Source of the DNA: Nitrosopumilus sp.
Lineage (GTDB): Archaea; Thermoproteota; Nitrososphaeria; Nitrososphaerales; Nitrosopumilaceae
Assembly (NCBI GenBank): GCA_965218695.1
Contig: OZ244651.1
Location: forward strand, 864,001-928,000
Reading direction: 5' to 3'
Length of the DNA: 64,000 nucleotides
Below are positions 49,309-58,997 of this stretch, in pieces. The first letter of the stretch is position 1; every line of letters begins with the position of its first letter. The notes below the pieces were generated by a model. It was not told the DNA's origin, did not search any database, and saw nothing but the letters and a program-made list of their open reading frames with translations. Both the position numbers and the translations under genes were made by a program.

Positions 49309-51455
49309 GTAAGAGGTCGCCTTTGCGAAGCGATTCCGTGCCTGATCTGTTCCGATTAATTACCAACTGAGCTACGTTTTTGACCATAAATACCCGATTA
49401 ATTGCACGTTATCAACACGGTCCTCAGGCAGGGCGGTTTTCGGATCAAGGCTCTTCCGGTTGGATCTTTTGCGCCGCATTTTCCGGCAGGCGCTGCGTGC
49501 CCAAAAGCTTTATGGATCATGCCTTCCCGTGTTATGGCGTGGTGCCTGTAATCGACTTGGAAAAGATTGACTGGAACTCCGTAACCGACACCAAGTCCCT
49601 CTTCGAATCCGTCTTGGACATGCTCAAATCCAAGGACGAGGAGAGCATGGCACTGAGAAAAGACATCGAGCAGCTGAAGGAGGAGGCAGAGGCCTTCTCA
49701 GGGGAACACGCGATGCTGACGGAGATGGATGCCAGGATCAAACTGCTGGAAGAAGAGAATGTGCAAAAGGACTCCGAGATAGAGAAACTGAGGGCAGAGA
49801 ATGCCGCCCTCCTGCAGGGATGCGACGTCTCGCAGGCAGTCATGGACAGGATAGCCCGCCTGGAGCAGCAGGCATCAGAGCATGCCTCTCAGTTAAGGGA
49901 GGCGCGCGCGGCCAACTCGGCGCTGGCAGCCGAGAATCTGGGCATCAAAAGCCGCCGCTCCCAGAAGCGGCTCCGGGAATCACCCGGGCCTGCGCCGGAC
50001 CCGTTCAGGAAGGTCGTCTGCCTGCGCACCGGCCGTGATCCTCCCCCGATATCCGAAAAAAAGCTAGTCGACATGCCCGCCTGCCCGCACGGCCATGCCC
50101 TCTCGAAGGAGCCCACCGAGGTGACCATCCGGGTAGTCGAGGAGATCATCGACGGGAAGCTGACCGGCATCCAGTATACCGTCGTCCGCAGGTACTGCGG
50201 GGAATGCGGCAGGCAGTTTGCCCCCGAGATCCCAGGGGTCGTCCCAGGGGGGCGGTTCGGCGCCAGCCTGACGTGCCTTGAGACGACGATGAGGATGTAC
50301 AACATTCCCTACGAACCCATCCGCAAGCTGATCAACATAATCTACCACGCAGGCCTTGCCAAGTCGACAGTCATCAGCCACGTGGATGCCGTTACGGGAT
50401 CCCTCCACCCGCTCTACGAGGAGATGCTCGAGGATATATTCTTCTCAGGGCATGTCTTTGGCGACGAGACCAGCTGGAGGGTAGCCGGGATACTGTACTG
50501 GCTGTGGATACTAGTCGGTGACAACTCGACTGTCTTTTACGTGGACAAGAGCCGGGGAGGAGACGTGCTGGAGACCCTGCTTGGAGGGTACGGCGGCCAC
50601 GTCACCTCTGATTCACACGCTGCGTGGAACCGCATCGGCAGGACCCACCAAAAGTGCCACTACCACTACCTCCGCGAGATCCTCCGCACCCTGACCATGA
50701 AGAACCCCGGGCCCGAATTCAAAAAGTTCGCCAAGGCCCTGAAGGGGATAATCACCGATTCCTGGTTCCCGGAGAAGGGACTCGACCCGGACGACGACGA
50801 GGCCACGCGAAACCTCAAGGTGCGCAACCTATTGGCCAGGGTGAGGCGCCTGATCTCCGGCGAGTATACAGACGCCCACTGCAAGCGGTTTGTCAAGCGG
50901 CTGCGGCGCGAGATCACCCACCTGTTCCCATTCATCCGCCTCAACACAAAGTGCCATAACAACGATGCCGAGCGCCCCCTGCGGCCCAGCGTCGCATCCC
51001 GGAAGGTCTCAGGCGGCAGCAAGAGCCTTGCCGGCGCATACAACCACGCCGTCCTGGCCACCGTCCGCGAGACGTGCAGGAGGCGCGGAGTCAACCCGCA
51101 TGACTTTTTGGTTGACTATATGCACGGTCTTGTCGAAAAAATTCCGACAGGAGCAGCAGCAACTGCATAAATCCTGCAAAATCCACTCCCTGACTGTTCC
51201 ATGCAGACCCGTCGCGCCGGCAGCCTGGCATAACCTCGCCTGATCCCGGCACAATTCACCGCCCGGCCGCTTCAAAAAAGGCCACTTCGCAAACCCGATC
51301 ACCGGATCGGCCAAAACGTAGCTCAGTCTGACCCTCCCGGAAAAAACCTGAAATAATGCCAATTAAATGGGCATTTACGGCCGAAAACGTAGCTCAGTTG
51401 GTAATTAATCGGGGCAGATCAGGCACGGAATCGCTTCGCAAAGGCGACCTCTTAC
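49309..51455 (+). mobile_element. IS66-family element with very long TIRs, copy B
   Basis: Same approximately 96-bp TIRs as 31845-34096; 8-bp TSD ATTCCGTG. Confidence 0.93.
49539..51170 (+). CDS. IS66-family transposase
   Basis: Close paralog of 32079-33773, lacking 21 aa of coiled coil; start uncertain. Confidence 0.92.
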   Translation: MVPVIDLEKIDWNSVTDTKSLFESVLDMLKSKDEESMALRKDIEQLKEEAEAFSGEHAMLTEMDARIKLLEEENVQKDSEIEKLRAENAALLQGCDVSQAVMDRIARLEQQASEHASQLREARAANSALAAENLGIKSRRSQKRLRESPGPAPDPFRKVVCLRTGRDPPPISEKKLVDMPACPHGHALSKEPTEVTIRVVEEIIDGKLTGIQYTVVRRYCGECGRQFAPEIPGVVPGGRFGASLTCLETTMRMYNIPYEPIRKLINIIYHAGLAKSTVISHVDAVTGSLHPLYEEMLEDIFFSGHVFGDETSWRVAGILYWLWILVGDNSTVFYVDKSRGGDVLETLLGGYGGHVTSDSHAAWNRIGRTHQKCHYHYLREILRTLTMKNPGPEFKKFAKALKGIITDSWFPEKGLDPDDDEATRNLKVRNLLARVRRLISGEYTDAHCKRFVKRLRREITHLFPFIRLNTKCHNNDAERPLRPSVASRKVSGGSKSLAGAYNHAVLATVRETCRRRGVNPHDFLVDYMHGLVEKIPTGAAATA

Positions 51456-51667
51456 ATTCCGTGTCGTATTACACCACACTCTTGCAGAATGAATTTTCCG
51501 GAGCCTTCTTGGAATTGCTGTCTCGGTTTTGACAGAACCCGTATGTGCCCCGCATGATCTGTCGTACTGACGCAGGCAGTCGTGGCCGTGGCCGTTCCCC
51601 ATGCACCTGCAACAACGCAGGTATCGGTCTGCCGGCATTACAGGCTGCCGCGCACCGCATGCAGTCC

Positions 51668-52402
51668 CTAAACGCCCGAGGGGGAGGAGGAGGGGGCGTT
51701 GTTGTCCTGGATGATGCCCCTCACATCAATACTTTTCCTGAAGGTCTCATATATGGCATCATCATCATCGTCGTCGTCGGCCATGTCCTCTGTGAACGGA
51801 ACCGAGCCCAGAACCCGTATTCCGGTCAGGGCTTCAAGATCCCTTGACAGATCCGATGCCGGATACCCGCCGGCAAAATCATTAATGATTATCCCCTTGA
51901 CGCTGACCCCGTATCTCTGGCATGCCATGCATGTCATGACCGTGTGGTTTATGGTTCCGACCTTGCTGCCTGCAACCACCACCGCAGGTATGCCCATCTC
52001 TGCAATCAGGTTCGCAACAAAATATTCCTCCAGTATGGGAGTCATTACCCCGCCAATCCCCTCCACAACAACCGTGTCGTGAATCTTGGCCAGTCTTTTG
52101 TAGCTGCTTGTGACGGCCCCTACATCCGGATTCATCCCCAGATTCGTCCGGGCAGTATACGGGGATGCCTGGATTGGGAAGAACTGCGGGTTTATCAGGG
52201 ATTCCGGGTCGTCAGACCGCGCGGCCCGGCGAAGAATGTCTGCATCCTGTGACTTGAATCCTGACTTTTGGGCGTCCCCTGCGGCAAACGGCTTCATCAC
52301 GCCCACGTCTATCCCCATCATCCTGAGGGTGATGGCAATGCCTGCTGCAACATGCGTCTTGCCCACCCCGGTGTCTGTTCCCGTGACAAAAAGCGAATCC
52401 AC
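51668..52402 (-). CDS. bioD: Dethiobiotin synthase
   Basis: FVTGTDTGVGKT, MKP, VEGIGG, GTINHT. Confidence 0.95.
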   Translation of the reverse strand: MDSLFVTGTDTGVGKTHVAAGIAITLRMMGIDVGVMKPFAAGDAQKSGFKSQDADILRRAARSDDPESLINPQFFPIQASPYTARTNLGMNPDVGAVTSSYKRLAKIHDTVVVEGIGGVMTPILEEYFVANLIAEMGIPAVVVAGSKVGTINHTVMTCMACQRYGVSVKGIIINDFAGGYPASDLSRDLEALTGIRVLGSVPFTEDMADDDDDDDAIYETFRKSIDVRGIIQDNNAPSSSPSGV

Positions 52403-52576
52403 GATGTTTCCTGTTGGGGTGATCCGTTAAAATCCTACTGATTACTATCCTGATGGCCATCCCGCCCGTGCTCGGGCCTCATTGAAAAGCCAGGAATGGT
52501 CGCATCTGCTATTCCCTGGGGGTGTGTTTGTGAGGCCAATTATCATTATTAGGAGGAATGCCCCCACCAATACTGT

Positions 52577-53893
52577 TTGAATGACACTAGCTTTGTCTGG
52601 CATCCGAACACACAGATGAGCGAGTGGGAGTCCTTTGACAGGATTACCAGTGCAAAGGGTGTCTGGCTTGTCGACTCCCACAGGAGACGCATGATAGATG
52701 CCGTGGCCTCCATGTGGTGCAACGTATGGGGCCACTCGGACGCAGAACTTGTCCGCACCATCGTCTCACAGACTAAAAAGATGCAGCACACCCCCCTGTT
52801 CAATCTGACCCACGGGCCCGCAGAAGACCTGGCAGCCGGCCTCATAGACATCTCGCCTGGAATGCACAGGGTGTTTTACTCGGATAACGGCTCTGCGGCA
52901 ATGGAGGTTGCCATAAAGATGGCGCTGCAGTACTGGAATAATGCCGGGGAGAAAAGGACCAGAATCGCCACGCTCCGAAACGGATACCACGGGGACACGT
53001 TTGGCGCAATGTCCGTCGGATACGTTCCGGAATTCTTTGGCAGGTTCAAGCGACAGTTGTTCTCGGCCACGCGCCTGCCTGTCCCTGACGGGTACCGCAC
53101 CCCCAAGGGACTCACTCCTTCTGAGGATCAGAGCCGCTGCCTGGGCATGATAGAGTCCGTATTGTCCCGGGACGACACTGCCGCATTTGTAATGGAGAGC
53201 GGCGCGCAGGTTGCAGGAGGCGTAAGAATCTATCCTGAGGGATTTCAAAGGGAGATAGGCAGGATGTGCCAGAAGCATGGCGTGCTGCTGGTCCTGGATG
53301 AGATTGCCACCGGGTTTGGCAGGCTTGGCTCGATGGTCCAGTACGCTGAACAGGGATGCACCCCTGACATTGTGGCATACGGCAAGATGCTGACCGGGGG
53401 ATACCTTACCATGGCAGCCACGCTTGCAAACAGCAGGGTCTATGACTCTTTTCTTGGGGAGTTTGGCGATGCACGGCACATGTTCCACGGCCACACGTAC
53501 ACGGGCAACCCGATAGCAGCTGCCGTTGCAGACAGGAACCTCAAGATGTACCGCAAAAGACGCCTGATTGAGCGGATCCAAAAGACATCCAAAATATTCA
53601 AAGAGTACCGACAAGACCTTCTGGCACACGAGATGGTGGGGGACGTAAGGCACAAGGGAATGCTGATGGGAATAGAACTGGTATCAGACAAGAAGAAGAA
53701 AACCCCAATAACCTCCAAGACGTCCCTCAACAAGATACTGTTCGAGGAGGGAAGAAGGCATGGAATCTACCTGAGATCCCTTGGCAACATCCTTCTGCTG
53801 GTGCCGCCACTGGCAATCTCCGAGTCCGAGCTGCACACTCTTCTTGAGAGGGCGCTGCGAACCATCCATACGGCCTCTGCCAGGATCCTCTGA
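52577..53893 (+). CDS. bioA: Adenosylmethionine--8-amino-7-oxononanoate aminotransferase
   Basis: VWHPNTQM, SMWCNVWGH, YHGDTFGAMSV, DEIATGFGR, GKMLTGGY, HGHTYTGNP. Confidence 0.95.
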   Translation: MNDTSFVWHPNTQMSEWESFDRITSAKGVWLVDSHRRRMIDAVASMWCNVWGHSDAELVRTIVSQTKKMQHTPLFNLTHGPAEDLAAGLIDISPGMHRVFYSDNGSAAMEVAIKMALQYWNNAGEKRTRIATLRNGYHGDTFGAMSVGYVPEFFGRFKRQLFSATRLPVPDGYRTPKGLTPSEDQSRCLGMIESVLSRDDTAAFVMESGAQVAGGVRIYPEGFQREIGRMCQKHGVLLVLDEIATGFGRLGSMVQYAEQGCTPDIVAYGKMLTGGYLTMAATLANSRVYDSFLGEFGDARHMFHGHTYTGNPIAAAVADRNLKMYRKRRLIERIQKTSKIFKEYRQDLLAHEMVGDVRHKGMLMGIELVSDKKKKTPITSKTSLNKILFEEGRRHGIYLRSLGNILLLVPPLAISESELHTLLERALRTIHTASARIL

Positions 53894-53931
53894 CGGTTAA
53901 CCGGAATACCACAGACCGGTTAACCATTCCA

Positions 53932-54065
53932 GGTTCTGTAAAGTTACGGTGACCCGCGACTTGACTGATCCGCATCGACTGAAGTATTCGAATCCGGCTT
54001 CCCGGATCTAGCCCTCACCATCGCTTCATCTGCGGACCCGACTGGGCCAAACCACAGCCCACGTG
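53932..54065 (-). ncRNA. Candidate omega-RNA scaffold overlapping the tnpB 3' end
   Basis: Motifs TGAAGCGATG (54019-54028) and AGTCGATG (53973-53980) are shared with the second tnpB; hairpin ATCCGG-GAAG-CCGGAT between them; closing stem GGTCCGCA/TGCGGATC. Confidence 0.6.
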
Positions 54066-55164
54066 CAAGTATGTTTTTACCTGCATTCTTGTCCCTGTCT
54101 ATGGACACGTGGCAGCGTGTGCACGTTACCATGCGGTGCGCTTCGGGGTTTACTTTTCCCCCACATTCCGCGCACCTTGATGACGTACCTGCCGCCGATA
54201 TTTTCTTGGTCGGAAGGCCGATCCTTCTAGCCTTGTATTCAACCATGAATTGCAAAATATGATATCCCCAACTGTTCAGTTTGGTTCTGGTCTTTTTTGA
54301 CGTCCCGCAACCTTTCTTCCACTTGCCTTTCATGTCCGTCAGGTCTTCCATGACGATTCCCCGGTTCCTTGAGACGATCTCGTTTGCTGCCGCGTGCATG
54401 ATGGGCGTGGTCCTGTCTTTTTCTTTCTTGCCGTACTTTGAGGCAATCTTCTTCCTTACACGGTGGTCATTCCGCTTGAAACGACTGACTTTACCCCTGC
54501 ATTTCTCCCTGATATGCCTGACTTTGGCAATGTCCATGACTTTTACGTTGCGTTGGCTGTCATACGTGGTGATGTTGTCCAAATTCAGGTCCATTCCGAG
54601 CCATCCGTCTGGGACTGCTTGCTCGACGGTCTCTGAATATGACACGATCAGCCTGTCCTTGGTAAGCGTGATGCCGCCAAGTTTTCCACCTTGGATCTTC
54701 TCTGACACGTAGGATGCGAGCCTGATTCGGACATGGTTTCCGAGCATCGCGGGAATAACAATGGAACCGTCAGTGATCTTATAGTTCTGGTTGTTTATCT
54801 TGAGCACGTCTTTTCTGACGTACGGCCGCGTGGTTTTTTTGGGCTTCTTGGCAGGGTTGGATTTTCTTGTCTGGGTATTGCCTTTCTTTTTGTCCTTGGC
54901 CTTCCTTGCGGCCTTGCGGAGCGCGGTACGCCATGCTTTTAACAGAGATTTTCCGGTCTTGATTGCCTCCTGCGTGTGGGTGGCATAGTATCCTTTCCGC
55001 CTCATCTCAGGATACGCGAGTTCTTGGAACTTTTTGGTTGACGTGATGTTGTGGAGCATTCCCAATCTTATGGCCTCGTTGGTGTCGTGCCTGAAATTCT
55101 CAAACGTTTCTTTGAGCTCGTCGTGGCGGTCGTGGAACTGCCAGACGCATTCGGTGTGTTTCAC
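53944..55164 (-). CDS. tnpB: TnpB RNA-guided endonuclease
   Basis: RuvC I GMDLN, RuvC II MEDL, zinc finger TSSRCAECG...CTRC, RuvC III DRDKNAGKNI; triad intact. Confidence 0.92.
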   Translation of the reverse strand: MKHTECVWQFHDRHDELKETFENFRHDTNEAIRLGMLHNITSTKKFQELAYPEMRRKGYYATHTQEAIKTGKSLLKAWRTALRKAARKAKDKKKGNTQTRKSNPAKKPKKTTRPYVRKDVLKINNQNYKITDGSIVIPAMLGNHVRIRLASYVSEKIQGGKLGGITLTKDRLIVSYSETVEQAVPDGWLGMDLNLDNITTYDSQRNVKVMDIAKVRHIREKCRGKVSRFKRNDHRVRKKIASKYGKKEKDRTTPIMHAAANEIVSRNRGIVMEDLTDMKGKWKKGCGTSKKTRTKLNSWGYHILQFMVEYKARRIGLPTKKISAAGTSSRCAECGGKVNPEAHRMVTCTRCHVSIDRDKNAGKNILARGLWFGPVGSADEAMVRARSGKPDSNTSVDADQSSRGSP

Positions 55165-55309
55165 GTATTATGTTGGCCGGCGCGGCTTTTAAGGGCGGCC
55201 GAACACACGATATCCGCATATCCGTGTTAGTGTGCCGGCATGAGTGGGTCACTGTAACTTTAGTTCCCCTTTTCAGTATAATTATAAATGGAAAAGCACC
55301 ACGCACTTC

Positions 55310-56284
55310 ATGGGTGCGGAGTTCATAACGGCCTGCCAAGACAAGGTGATGACCTCCGGGGCAGGAATATCTGCAGAGGAGGCAAGGATGCTGTTTTATG
55401 TTCCCGACGTGCAGCTGCGGGATCTTGCGCGCGCAGCCGATGCCGTCACCAGGAGGTTTAACGGAGACATGGTGGATGTGGAGCAGCTCAACAACATCAA
55501 AAAGAATGCATGCAGCGAGGACTGCTCGTTCTGCGGACAGTCTGCCCTTTATGATACCGGGATTGAATCATACCAGCTTCCCGAACCGCAGGATATACTT
55601 GACAGGGCCAAAAGGGCCCACGAACAGGGCGCATCATCATACTGCCTGGTGGCTGCGTGGAGGAGGCCGTCCCCGGCAGACTTTGAGAAGGTGTGCCGGA
55701 TAATCGAGGCCATTCGCAGCATTCCAATCGGCATAGAGTGCAGCCTTGGATTCCTGAGTGCGGATCAGGCAGAGAGGCTCAAGGAGCTTGGCGTGAGGCG
55801 GTACAACCACAACTTGGAGACTGCACGATCAAAGTTTCATGACATCTGTACAACCCACACGTACGACGACCGGCTTGATACCCTGCATACTGCCCGCAGG
55901 GCCGGCCTGGAACTGTGCACCGGCGGAATAATCGGCCTTGGGGAGAGCAGAGGGCAGAGGCTGGAGCTTGCGCTGGAGCTGGCAGGACTGCATCCAGAAG
56001 AGGTTACGATAAACATACTGGTGCCCGTGCCGGGAACGCCGCTTGAGCTGCAGACGGCACTCCCAAACCACGAGATAGTCCGAATGTTCTCAGTCGTCAG
56101 GTTTCTGCTGCCAGAATCGATAATCAAGATATCCGGTGGGCGGGAGATACATCTTGCAGACTCCGGCGAGGAGCTGCTGCAGAGCGGAGCCAACGGCATC
56201 ATAACCGAAGGATACCTGACCATGGACGGGAATGATGCCGGGAGAGACTCTGGGATGATCAAAAGAATTGGACTCAAGGCATAA
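55310..56284 (+). CDS. bioB: Biotin synthase
   Basis: CSEDCSFCGQS radical-SAM motif, YNHNLET, CTGGIIGLGE; TTATAAA box upstream. Confidence 0.96.
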   Translation: MGAEFITACQDKVMTSGAGISAEEARMLFYVPDVQLRDLARAADAVTRRFNGDMVDVEQLNNIKKNACSEDCSFCGQSALYDTGIESYQLPEPQDILDRAKRAHEQGASSYCLVAAWRRPSPADFEKVCRIIEAIRSIPIGIECSLGFLSADQAERLKELGVRRYNHNLETARSKFHDICTTHTYDDRLDTLHTARRAGLELCTGGIIGLGESRGQRLELALELAGLHPEEVTINILVPVPGTPLELQTALPNHEIVRMFSVVRFLLPESIIKISGGREIHLADSGEELLQSGANGIITEGYLTMDGNDAGRDSGMIKRIGLKA

Positions 56285-57404
56285 TAGCCTGGATTTTGCC
56301 GATGCCAGGCTGCATCGCATACGGGAGGACGGACTGTACCGGATACTCAAGCCCGGGTCGGTGCAGGGCCAGCACATCACGATCGACGGCGAGAGACTCA
56401 TCAACCTGTGCTCGAATGACTACCTTGGAATTCCCGCAACGCCTGTCAGAACCGGACAGTCCCAGTCCAGCTCCCGGCTGGTATCGGGAAACGATCCCGT
56501 CTATGCCCAGCTGGAAGAGGCGCTTGCAAGGCACAAGTCGCAGCAGGGCAGCCTGGTATACCCGACCGGATACATGGCAAACACGGGGGTAATGCCTGCA
56601 GTGGCGCAAAAGGGGGACCTGATTCTCAGTGACGAGCTGAACCATGCAAGCATAATAGAATCGTGCAGGCTGTCCGGCGCCCGGGTCTCCGTGTACAGAC
56701 ACAATGACATGGACGATCTTGAGGAGAAGCTTGAGGAGGGCGCCGCAGGGAACAGGTTCATCGTCACCGAGGGCATATTCAGCATGGACGGGGACTATCC
56801 TGCCATGCGGGAGATTGTGGATCTTGCAGGCAGGACCGGTGCCGTAACGGTACTTGACGATGCCCATGGGGACTTTGTGGCAGGCAGCGACGGCAGGGGC
56901 GTGCCCGACCTGTTCGGGGTTGCAGGCAAGGTGGACATCTACATCAGCAGTCTGAGCAAGGCACTGGGCTCGTTTGGGGGATACGTGGCCTCTGACGAGA
57001 GGATAATCCAACTGTGCATAAACCGATCAAGGCCGTTCATCTACACGTCTGCACTGCCGGCGTTTCTGGTAGAGCATTCCCTGGGACGATTCCTCTCTGA
57101 CCGGGAGGCCCGAAGGCAGGTGCTTGCGCGCAACACCAGACAGATGGCCGACGGGCTGAAAAGAATCGGCTATGACGTAACATCGCAGACCCACATCATT
57201 CCGGTCGTGGTTGGCAGGGAACGCGATGCGCTGGAGATGGGCGAGTTTCTTCGCAAGAGGGGCGTCTTTGTGCAACCCATCCGGTACCCGACGGTTCCAA
57301 AAGACCAAGCAAGGCTGAGGGTATCGGTTACGGCATGGCTTACAGATACCGACATTGAAGAGTCGCTTGGCGCCTTTGAGAGTGCCCGTGGGCGGTTCTG
57401 CTGA
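56268..57404 (+). CDS. bioF: 8-amino-7-oxononanoate synthase
   Basis: SNDYLG, TGYMAN, DELNHASI, EGIFSMDGD, DDAHG, SLSKALG, IRYPTVP. Confidence 0.93.
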   Translation: MDSRHNSLDFADARLHRIREDGLYRILKPGSVQGQHITIDGERLINLCSNDYLGIPATPVRTGQSQSSSRLVSGNDPVYAQLEEALARHKSQQGSLVYPTGYMANTGVMPAVAQKGDLILSDELNHASIIESCRLSGARVSVYRHNDMDDLEEKLEEGAAGNRFIVTEGIFSMDGDYPAMREIVDLAGRTGAVTVLDDAHGDFVAGSDGRGVPDLFGVAGKVDIYISSLSKALGSFGGYVASDERIIQLCINRSRPFIYTSALPAFLVEHSLGRFLSDREARRQVLARNTRQMADGLKRIGYDVTSQTHIIPVVVGRERDALEMGEFLRKRGVFVQPIRYPTVPKDQARLRVSVTAWLTDTDIEESLGAFESARGRFC

Positions 57405-57509
57405 TCAGCGTGCAGCATCAAAGCCGCCTATCGCAGGTGAGCCGACGATTACTGCAATCGTGACGATTATTCCCAATGCTATACCCACTATCACAAGGCG
57501 ATTGTTCAT
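57405..57509 (-). CDS. Very small single-TM protein
   Basis: MNNRLVIVGIALGIIVTIAVIVGSPAIGGFDAAR, with a TTTTTAA box about 25 bp upstream. Confidence 0.5.
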   Translation of the reverse strand: MNNRLVIVGIALGIIVTIAVIVGSPAIGGFDAAR

Positions 57510-57619
57510 GGGGTATGATGAATGTGCCTCAGTTAAAAAGATACCCAGAATTTGGCGCCCAAGGCTGTCCGGTGCGCAGTCAGTCGCCAAGCGCACCCGC
57601 CGAACTAGCGCTTCGGGAT

Positions 57620-58711
57620 TTATGTCACAATCTTGTCAAGGCTGTCCTCGTTCAGGGCCCGCCTGATCTCCATGGCAATCCTTCTGCCTATGCCAAACGT
57701 TGTCCCGTACTGGTATTTCGTGTACGGGCTGGTTGTGGCGACTATCGGGTTTCCAGGAACCCGCAGGGAGACGTCATACACCACCAGCTCAAGATCCTTG
57801 GTGATGACGCTCTGGAGCGAGAACGGCCCTATGATTCCCGGGGAATACTCTTTTTTTACGGCATCGACGAACTTGTCGCCCATTTTCAGTACCTTCTCAA
57901 GCAGGGACTCCCTGATGCTTGCAGGGGTGTGCCCGACCTCGATGTTCTGCGGGTTAATTTCAATCTGCATCTGCTGGTTTGCAGTAAGGGCGTTGTAGTC
58001 GTGGATGTCAGTCTGCAGCCTCCTTTCAATCCCTATGAAATCCACCTGGTCTGATATCGGGGTGTGGAAGAAGTTAAAGTTCATGTACGTTCCGATGGCA
58101 AGCTCCTCGATGCTTGCCGTTGCCAGATCCTTCTCAGATATCACACCCTTCCGGATTCTGTCGTGCACCTTTTCTCTGTAATCCCCATATCCTGCTGCAG
58201 TGAAAAAGGCCCTCTCAAGGGGCCTGTCCTTCTCCTGCACCTTCACTATGCACGGCCCATCTATCTCCTCCGGGCCGGTAAACACCTTGGGGTATCGGAT
58301 GCCTGCCTTTTCAAGCAGATAGTACTGTCCCTTTTCTGCCGTCCTCTCCTCTGCCTGGAACAGCCGCCTGTTTCCAAATATTGGCACCCTGAAATCGTCC
58401 TCTATGGTCTTGTATCCAAGGTATGCTGTAAGGGAGCGGTGCGGGACGATGATCGTTCCTGACTTCCTCATCCTCTCCTGGTTTTTGTCCGATGCCATGT
58501 CTCTGAATTTGTCCAGCACTACGATCTCGTCTGCAATCCTTGAAAATCTCTGGTACGGCAGCTCCCTTCCCTTCTGGCAAAAGACCACAGTCGACAGTCC
58601 CTCGTCTTTTGCCCCGTCCATGATCTCAAGTGCCGAATGGCTGCCCAGAACACCTACCCTCACATCCGAGTAGCCCTCCACAACACTCCTCACATCAGAG
58701 TCCTCGATCAT
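57620..58711 (-). CDS. purP: Second PurP-family ATP-grasp protein
   Basis: GVLGSHSALEIMDGAKDEG, ERAFF, IRESLL, GPFSLQ, DVSLRVPG, GRRIAMEI. Confidence 0.85.
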   Translation of the reverse strand: MIEDSDVRSVVEGYSDVRVGVLGSHSALEIMDGAKDEGLSTVVFCQKGRELPYQRFSRIADEIVVLDKFRDMASDKNQERMRKSGTIIVPHRSLTAYLGYKTIEDDFRVPIFGNRRLFQAEERTAEKGQYYLLEKAGIRYPKVFTGPEEIDGPCIVKVQEKDRPLERAFFTAAGYGDYREKVHDRIRKGVISEKDLATASIEELAIGTYMNFNFFHTPISDQVDFIGIERRLQTDIHDYNALTANQQMQIEINPQNIEVGHTPASIRESLLEKVLKMGDKFVDAVKKEYSPGIIGPFSLQSVITKDLELVVYDVSLRVPGNPIVATTSPYTKYQYGTTFGIGRRIAMEIRRALNEDSLDKIVT

Positions 58712-58811
58712 GTTTCATCTTGAATGTAAGGACGTAATATAACTAGCCTTTGGGCATTCCTGTCTCTTATGATACCACAAGACTTTTCCCATCTGCGATC
58801 ATACATGATCC

Positions 58812-58964
58812 GTGCTGTACCATTTTGAGCTGCAGATGGCGGGGGTGATCCTGTTGACTGCCATGGCCGCAGGCGGGATATCGCTGTGGATCAAGCGCAG
58901 AAGGCACAGGGAGCCTGAGGAGGAGGAACAGGATGTCTCCGGCACTGGCTCTGATGTGATCTAA
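58812..58964 (+). CDS. Possible small single-TM protein
   Basis: Hand translation MLYHFELQMAGVILLTAMAAGGISLWIKRRRHREPEEEEQ...: TM segment followed by a basic stop-transfer patch. Confidence 0.4.
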   Translation: MLYHFELQMAGVILLTAMAAGGISLWIKRRRHREPEEEEQDVSGTGSDVI

Positions 58965-58997
58965 GAGATAAAATAGCTCAGCGGTATACTAGTATCA

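Larger units (their letters stand above)
53932..55269 (-). mobile_element. TnpB-only element bounded by inverted repeats, inserted between bioA and bioB
   Basis: Ends GGttctgTAAAGTTACGGTGACCC and (reverse complement) GGggaacTAAAGTTACAGTGACCC; no transposase gene inside; no perfect TSD. Confidence 0.7.

Noticed and set aside
31845-51455. Composite transposon formed by the two long-TIR IS66 copies
   Set aside because: Copy B has its own 8-bp TSD, the outer flanks do not match, and the copies are diverged.
53895-53925. Hairpin GGTTAACCGG-N11-CCGGTTAACC as an IS200/605 right-end hairpin
   Set aside because: It lies outside the inverted-repeat boundary, directly after the bioA stop; more likely a host structure, though it would fall within the predicted guide.
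53944-55262. Nuclease-dead TnpB (TldR-like) regulator targeting the bioB promoter
   Set aside because: The RuvC residues are intact, and the 17-bp match is placed symmetrically inside terminal GG/CC, so element ends explain it better; not formally excluded.
19161-58711. Two purP-like genes as a novelty
   Set aside because: Paired PurP paralogs are established in several archaeal lineages.
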